Of a stretch of DNA of 48,444 nucleotides, positions 44,571 through 48,444 are shown one piece after another. Location of the stretch: contig JABCSP010000001.1 of assembly GCA_018238825.1 (NCBI GenBank), forward strand, positions 1 to 48,444. The letters are read 5' to 3'. Both the position numbers and the translations under genes were made by a program. The notes beneath the pieces were generated by a model. That model worked only from the letters and a program-made list of their open reading frames with translations, searched no databases and was not told the DNA's origin. Source of the DNA: Candidatus Thorarchaeota archaeon (GTDB lineage: Archaea; Asgardarchaeota; Thorarchaeia; Thorarchaeales; Thorarchaeaceae). Every line of letters starts with the position of its first letter. Position 1 is the stretch's first letter.

Positions 44571-45191
44571 TTATTCCATCACATTTTGGCGCCATCCAGA
44601 TAGCAATTCTACAAGCTCTTCACATAGCCAGCGTTCCTCATGGGCCATCTGATTTTTCTTATCTTGGTATGCACCGGATTTTGCTACACGCAGAATCTTT
44701 GATAACCTTGTTTCAACGAGGAAAGGAGTCATTTTTGTTAATTTTTCCACTTCATCATATTTTCGCGGATCCATTGATGTTTTGTCACTCTGCAAACGCA
44801 GAGTCTTCCTCGCTATAGCTGTGTAAAGAAATGGCTGAAATGTTTGTAATTTGTGAGGGTGTTTCTCTTCTTCGCGATAGAGATTCTGAAGACGTCTTAG
44901 TGATTCATATGCGTCTTCAGGAGTAATGTCAACAGAATCATCTTTGAGTAGCTTCTCTATCACCCAGTTTGGTAAATTTGCACTGTCCCCTTTCTTGAAA
45001 GGACCGAATTTTTCCCCTGCAACATTGATTTGTGAAACGTTTTTTTGAAAAATACAATCCCGAGATTCATTAAGGAAAGCCATTTCAAAACGTTTCATCA
45101 CATCTTTAGAATCCTTACATAGTTTCATTTCAATACACTTTCTCTTTTCGCTTGTATGAGATAAAGACCTTGCTCTAATAATTTGAGTCAA
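44571..45191 (-). CDS. gins23: GINS complex subunit, Gins23 type
   Basis: Beta-rich B-domain first (GEKFGPFKKGDSANLPNWVIEKLL), then a helical A-domain: the permuted order typical of Gins23. Directly upstream of mcm. Start uncertain: TTG at 45191, or an internal ATG at codon 22, 32 or 36. Confidence 0.6.
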   Translation of the reverse strand: MTQIIRARSLSHTSEKRKCIEMKLCKDSKDVMKRFEMAFLNESRDCIFQKNVSQINVAGEKFGPFKKGDSANLPNWVIEKLLKDDSVDITPEDAYESLRRLQNLYREEEKHPHKLQTFQPFLYTAIARKTLRLQSDKTSMDPRKYDEVEKLTKMTPFLVETRLSKILRVAKSGAYQDKKNQMAHEERWLCEELVELLSGWRQNVME

Positions 45192-45321
45192 AATGATTAA
45201 TGATATTGGTTATTTAGCATGTGTAAGAGTATCGAGAGAAGCTTTTAAGGAATCAGCGATAGCTCATCAAAATAACTTGTATTGCAACTCTGGATATTTA
45301 TTGAATGGAAGGTAACCCATA

Positions 45322-46284
45322 ATGGATTTAGATTTGTGGACTGAAAAGTATCGGCCACCCACCTTAGGTGGTATTATTGGTCAAGAGTCGATAATTGAGA
45401 GTTTAACAAGGTTTGTAGAAACAAAGGCAGTACCGCATTGTCTTTTTACAGGTCCACCAGGTACCAGTAAGACAACCGCAGCGATGGCAATGGCAAAAGA
45501 TCTCTTTGGTGATACCTACAATCGTAATTTTATGGAACTAAATGCAAGTGATGAAAGAGGAATTGACGTTGTTCGAAATCAAATCAAGAATTTTGCTAGG
45601 ACCATGCCGTCCGGAGATGCACCATTCAAAATACTAGTCTTAGATGAAGCGGATCATTTGACTTCAGATGCACAACATGCCCTTAGACGTACTATGGAAT
45701 CATATGCTCAATCCTGTCGAATGATTCTGATTTGTAATTATTCGAGTAGAATCATACCTCCAATACAATCAAGATGTGCGATATTCAGATTCTCTCGCTT
45801 GGATGAAAGTGGAGTTTCTAAACGTTTGAAGTATATAGCTAAGAAGGAGAAAATCACTCTTGATTCAAGTGGAGTTGATGCAATTCTATATCTGACAGAG
45901 GGAGATATGAGGGCTGCGATTAACCTTCTTCAAGCAGCTTCTTCTATTGGTGAAACAATAACCGAGAAGACTGTCTATGCAATTGCTGGTAGTGCAAGTC
46001 CAGAAACAATAAAGACTATGCTTAATGATGCAAGAGAACAACGACATCTTGAATCTCTAGAATCTCTTAAGAGATTAATCTATAGTGAAGGAGTATCTCC
46101 AGTTGATTTAGTAAAACAGATACATAGAGAAATTCAGATTCTTGATTTATCACATTCACAACAAATGTCGATTTTAGAGCAAATTGCTGAAGTTGAATTT
46201 CGAATTGGTGAAGGTGCCAATGGTGAAATTCAGTTGGCTGCGCTATTAGCGCATATAGGTATAGGCAGTGATGTTAGTGAGTAA
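45322..46284 (+). CDS. rfcS: Replication factor C small subunit
   Basis: 320 aa. GPPGTSKT, VLDEADHLT, SRC motif QSRCAIFRF. Confidence 0.9.
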   Translation: MDLDLWTEKYRPPTLGGIIGQESIIESLTRFVETKAVPHCLFTGPPGTSKTTAAMAMAKDLFGDTYNRNFMELNASDERGIDVVRNQIKNFARTMPSGDAPFKILVLDEADHLTSDAQHALRRTMESYAQSCRMILICNYSSRIIPPIQSRCAIFRFSRLDESGVSKRLKYIAKKEKITLDSSGVDAILYLTEGDMRAAINLLQAASSIGETITEKTVYAIAGSASPETIKTMLNDAREQRHLESLESLKRLIYSEGVSPVDLVKQIHREIQILDLSHSQQMSILEQIAEVEFRIGEGANGEIQLAALLAHIGIGSDVSE

Positions 46285-47497
46285 TGAGAGTCTTCCTTGG
46301 CCCGAGAAACACCGACCAAGGAGTCTTGATCAAATTGTTGGTAATTTAGATACAACAAGTATGATGAAGGACTGGATTTTATCTTGGAAGACACGTCTTC
46401 CCGATAAGCGAGCTATATTATTGATTGGTCCACCTGGGACTGGAAAGACTGCAACTATCGGAGCTCTCGCAAATGATTTAGATATAGAATTAGTAGAGTT
46501 CAATTCAAGTGATAAAAGGAATAAAGACAGTATTGAAACTCTTGTTTGGAGAGCTGCATCACAACAAACACTTGATGGAAGAGCAAGGATGATTCTTCTA
46601 GATGAGGTGGATGGTTTATCTGGTACAAGTGATAGAGGCGGCGTTGGTGCAATTATCAAAGTAATCAAAGATTCTGTTCATCCAATATTTATGACTGCAA
46701 ATGATCCTAATAGTCCACGATTGAAAGACTTGTATAAAATCTGTCATGTCTATAATTTTGAACCAATTGACTCAGAAGGAATGATTAGAATTCTCACAAG
46801 AATAGCTAAAATGAACAAAGCTGATGTATCCCAAGATGTTTTTGATCAGATTATTGAAAATTCTGCAGGAGACCTTCGTGCTGCAATTTCAGATCTTGAA
46901 ACATATGTTAAACGAGGTACTACATCGCAATCTGTAGAATCATTTTTCCGAGATGTAAGGCGCGGTACAGAAGAATCTCTTCGTAGATTTTTCATGACAA
47001 CAGATTCAAAACTGGCAAGGAGAATATTGTCAGAATCAGAATTGGACCATGGTTCATTAATTCTGTGGTTAGAAGAAAACCTCCATCTTCATTTTTTGTC
47101 TCCAGAAGAACTGGATAGTGGACTCAATGGTCTTTCATTGGCAGATTTATCATTAGGAAGGATAATGAGAAACCAGAATTGGAAACTTTTAGCATACATG
47201 TATGATTTTCTTGCTGTTGGAGTAGCTGGGAGTAGAACAGATACTCCATATAGAAAAGTCAGCTATTCTAAGCCAACTTGGCCCCTATTAGTATGGCAAG
47301 GGAATAAATCACGAGATAAGAGGTCAGATGTTCTCACCTCTCTATCACGATTAGCCGGGGTTTCAAAACGAAGAGCTACACGGACTCATCTTGATACAAT
47401 AACAGAAATCATTGGAATTAAACCCAGTATGATTAGAGATTACGCAAGTTGGTTGGGTGTGGATAAAACATCATTGAAGAAGAGAGGTAAGAATTAA
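46268..47497 (+). CDS. rfcL: Replication factor C large subunit
   Basis: 409 aa. WPEKHRP N-terminus, GPPGTGKT, LLDEVDGL. 17-nt overlap with rfcS. Confidence 0.85.
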   Translation: MMLVSNESLPWPEKHRPRSLDQIVGNLDTTSMMKDWILSWKTRLPDKRAILLIGPPGTGKTATIGALANDLDIELVEFNSSDKRNKDSIETLVWRAASQQTLDGRARMILLDEVDGLSGTSDRGGVGAIIKVIKDSVHPIFMTANDPNSPRLKDLYKICHVYNFEPIDSEGMIRILTRIAKMNKADVSQDVFDQIIENSAGDLRAAISDLETYVKRGTTSQSVESFFRDVRRGTEESLRRFFMTTDSKLARRILSESELDHGSLILWLEENLHLHFLSPEELDSGLNGLSLADLSLGRIMRNQNWKLLAYMYDFLAVGVAGSRTDTPYRKVSYSKPTWPLLVWQGNKSRDKRSDVLTSLSRLAGVSKRRATRTHLDTITEIIGIKPSMIRDYASWLGVDKTSLKKRGKN

Positions 47498-48290
47498 TTC
47501 CGGAGAGAGTATTACCTGACCGTTTGATATAATCTAGTCGATTATTCAGTAGCTTCTGTATTCGTTTCAATCCGTATTTACTAGGAGTGAGTGAAAATGG
47601 CACTACGGTTTCCATGAGTATCAAGTTTTCAGGAGAGGCGGGTTCAATTCCACCCCGGATTGTTTTCTTTATACCTTGAAGTACCTCAAGAATAACTTCA
47701 GGTTCTAAATTGTGTAAGCCAATCTCTGTCAGCAGTGTTACAGTCTTTCGCACAAATTTCCATAGAAAACTGGTTCCAAAAACATCAAGGAATGGAATTT
47801 CGGAATCTGGACCAATTGATATATTGAGTACAGTGGCTACAGTATTTTGTCGTTCATCTGGTTTTGATAGCATATTAAAATCATTAGAACCAATAAGTAG
47901 GGAGATTGCTTTCTTGACTTGATTTCGGTCAATATTCTTCCATAATGGTCCTAGATAGTACCGATAATGGCGCATTAATGTACTGGAACGTGGTCGAAAC
48001 CCTTCAGGGGCTCTAGTTTTTGCCCACAGTACAATATCTTCAGGAAGATGCTTGTTAACCTGATCAATATTGAGTTGTTTATTCGTTGATAGCAACACAA
48101 GTTGTCCAAAACTATGGACGCCTCTATCAGTTCTTCCTGAGAGTTGGACAGTTTGTTTAGAGTGAGATTCCTTGCTCCAAGTTTCCATTGCTTTGATAAG
48201 TTCGCCTTGGACTGTTTTTAGTCCTAATTGTATTTGTGACCCGTAGTAATAGTCACCAAGGTAGAACAGACGGGCTAGATAGTCTGCCAT
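47433..48290 (-). CDS. truA: tRNA pseudouridine synthase A (TruA/Pus1 family)
   Basis: 285 aa. Catalytic GRTDRGVHS and a YYYGSQ N-terminal pattern. Confidence 0.85.
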   Translation of the reverse strand: MADYLARLFYLGDYYYGSQIQLGLKTVQGELIKAMETWSKESHSKQTVQLSGRTDRGVHSFGQLVLLSTNKQLNIDQVNKHLPEDIVLWAKTRAPEGFRPRSSTLMRHYRYYLGPLWKNIDRNQVKKAISLLIGSNDFNMLSKPDERQNTVATVLNISIGPDSEIPFLDVFGTSFLWKFVRKTVTLLTEIGLHNLEPEVILEVLQGIKKTIRGGIEPASPENLILMETVVPFSLTPSKYGLKRIQKLLNNRLDYIKRSGNTLSGINSYLSSSMMFYPHPTNLRNL

Positions 48291-48303
48291 GTGTCAGAAT
48301 CTC

Positions 48304-48444
48304 CTATGATTCCCATATATTAAAGAAATTCCGTAAAGCACGAGCTCGTATGTCTTCTTCCATGAAGCGATATATCTTAATCCGACCATGTTTTTTCTCT
48401 TCAATAATACCTGATTTCACTAAGACTTTAAGATGTGATGTAGT
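48304..48444 (-). CDS. Winged-helix transcriptional regulator, C-terminal fragment (N-terminus outside window)
   Basis: My translation of the minus strand: ...TTSHLKVLVKSGIIEEKKHGRIKIYRFMEEDIRARALRNFFNIWES, with the stop at 48304-48306. The HLKxLxxxGII..... wing pattern is typical of ArsR/PadR-like wHTH proteins. Confidence 0.5.
   Translation of the reverse strand, partial: TTSHLKVLVKSGIIEEKKHGRIKIYRFMEEDIRARALRNFFNIWES

Noticed and set aside
42402-47497. Inteins in MCM, RFC or PolD-DP1 (common in archaeal replication genes)
   Set aside because: Protein lengths are canonical and the Walker A/B motifs are contiguous. No intein-sized insertions or homing-endonuclease motifs are visible.
1-48444. 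CRISPR arrays, IS elements, prophage or defence islands
   Set aside because: Reading both strands, I saw no regularly spaced direct repeats and no transposase, integrase or cas-like ORFs. Nearly every ORF over 100 aa is accounted for by a housekeeping family.

Overview
Dense archaeal chromosomal segment, roughly 40% G+C by eye. I call about 57 protein genes and 3 tRNA genes. I saw no rRNA, CRISPR array, transposase or integrase. The content is almost entirely information processing. Replication genes: Gins51-PriS, two tandem PCNA genes, an OB-fold protein, Orc1/Cdc6 with an ORB-like site upstream, PolD small subunit, a catalytically degenerate RecJ/Cdc45-like protein, HerA-NurA, Hel308, MCM, Gins23, and RFC small and large subunits. 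Transcription and RNA genes: TFS, RpoL, Csl4, METTL5-like methyltransferase, FAU-1, Sm, KEOPS (Pcc1, Bud32, Kae1), Trm11/Trm-G10-like, TruA, LigT. Ribosomal proteins eS1 and uS15 are also present. PolD together with both Gins51 and Gins23 places it in a PolD-containing archaeon, not Crenarchaeota; I cannot assign the lineage further. Many genes appear to use a GAGGTG-type Shine-Dalgarno and TTG or GTG starts, and some look leaderless. Observations most worth follow-up: (1) a tight three-gene operon of a tandem-Roadblock protein, an unknown 306-aa protein and an MglA-like small GTPase; (2) a tRNA-Ser(CGA) split by a 30-nt intron inside the T-loop with a near-perfect bulge-helix-bulge motif; (3) the tandem PCNA duplication; (4) PriS with extra and duplicated zinc ribbons; (5) Csl4 with an R/G/D-rich tail; (6) the ORB-like site upstream of orc1/cdc6; (7) an inactivated RecJ/Cdc45-like gene in an S15-RecJ-Pcc1 operon. 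All functional calls rest on motif and family recognition by eye; no searches were run.
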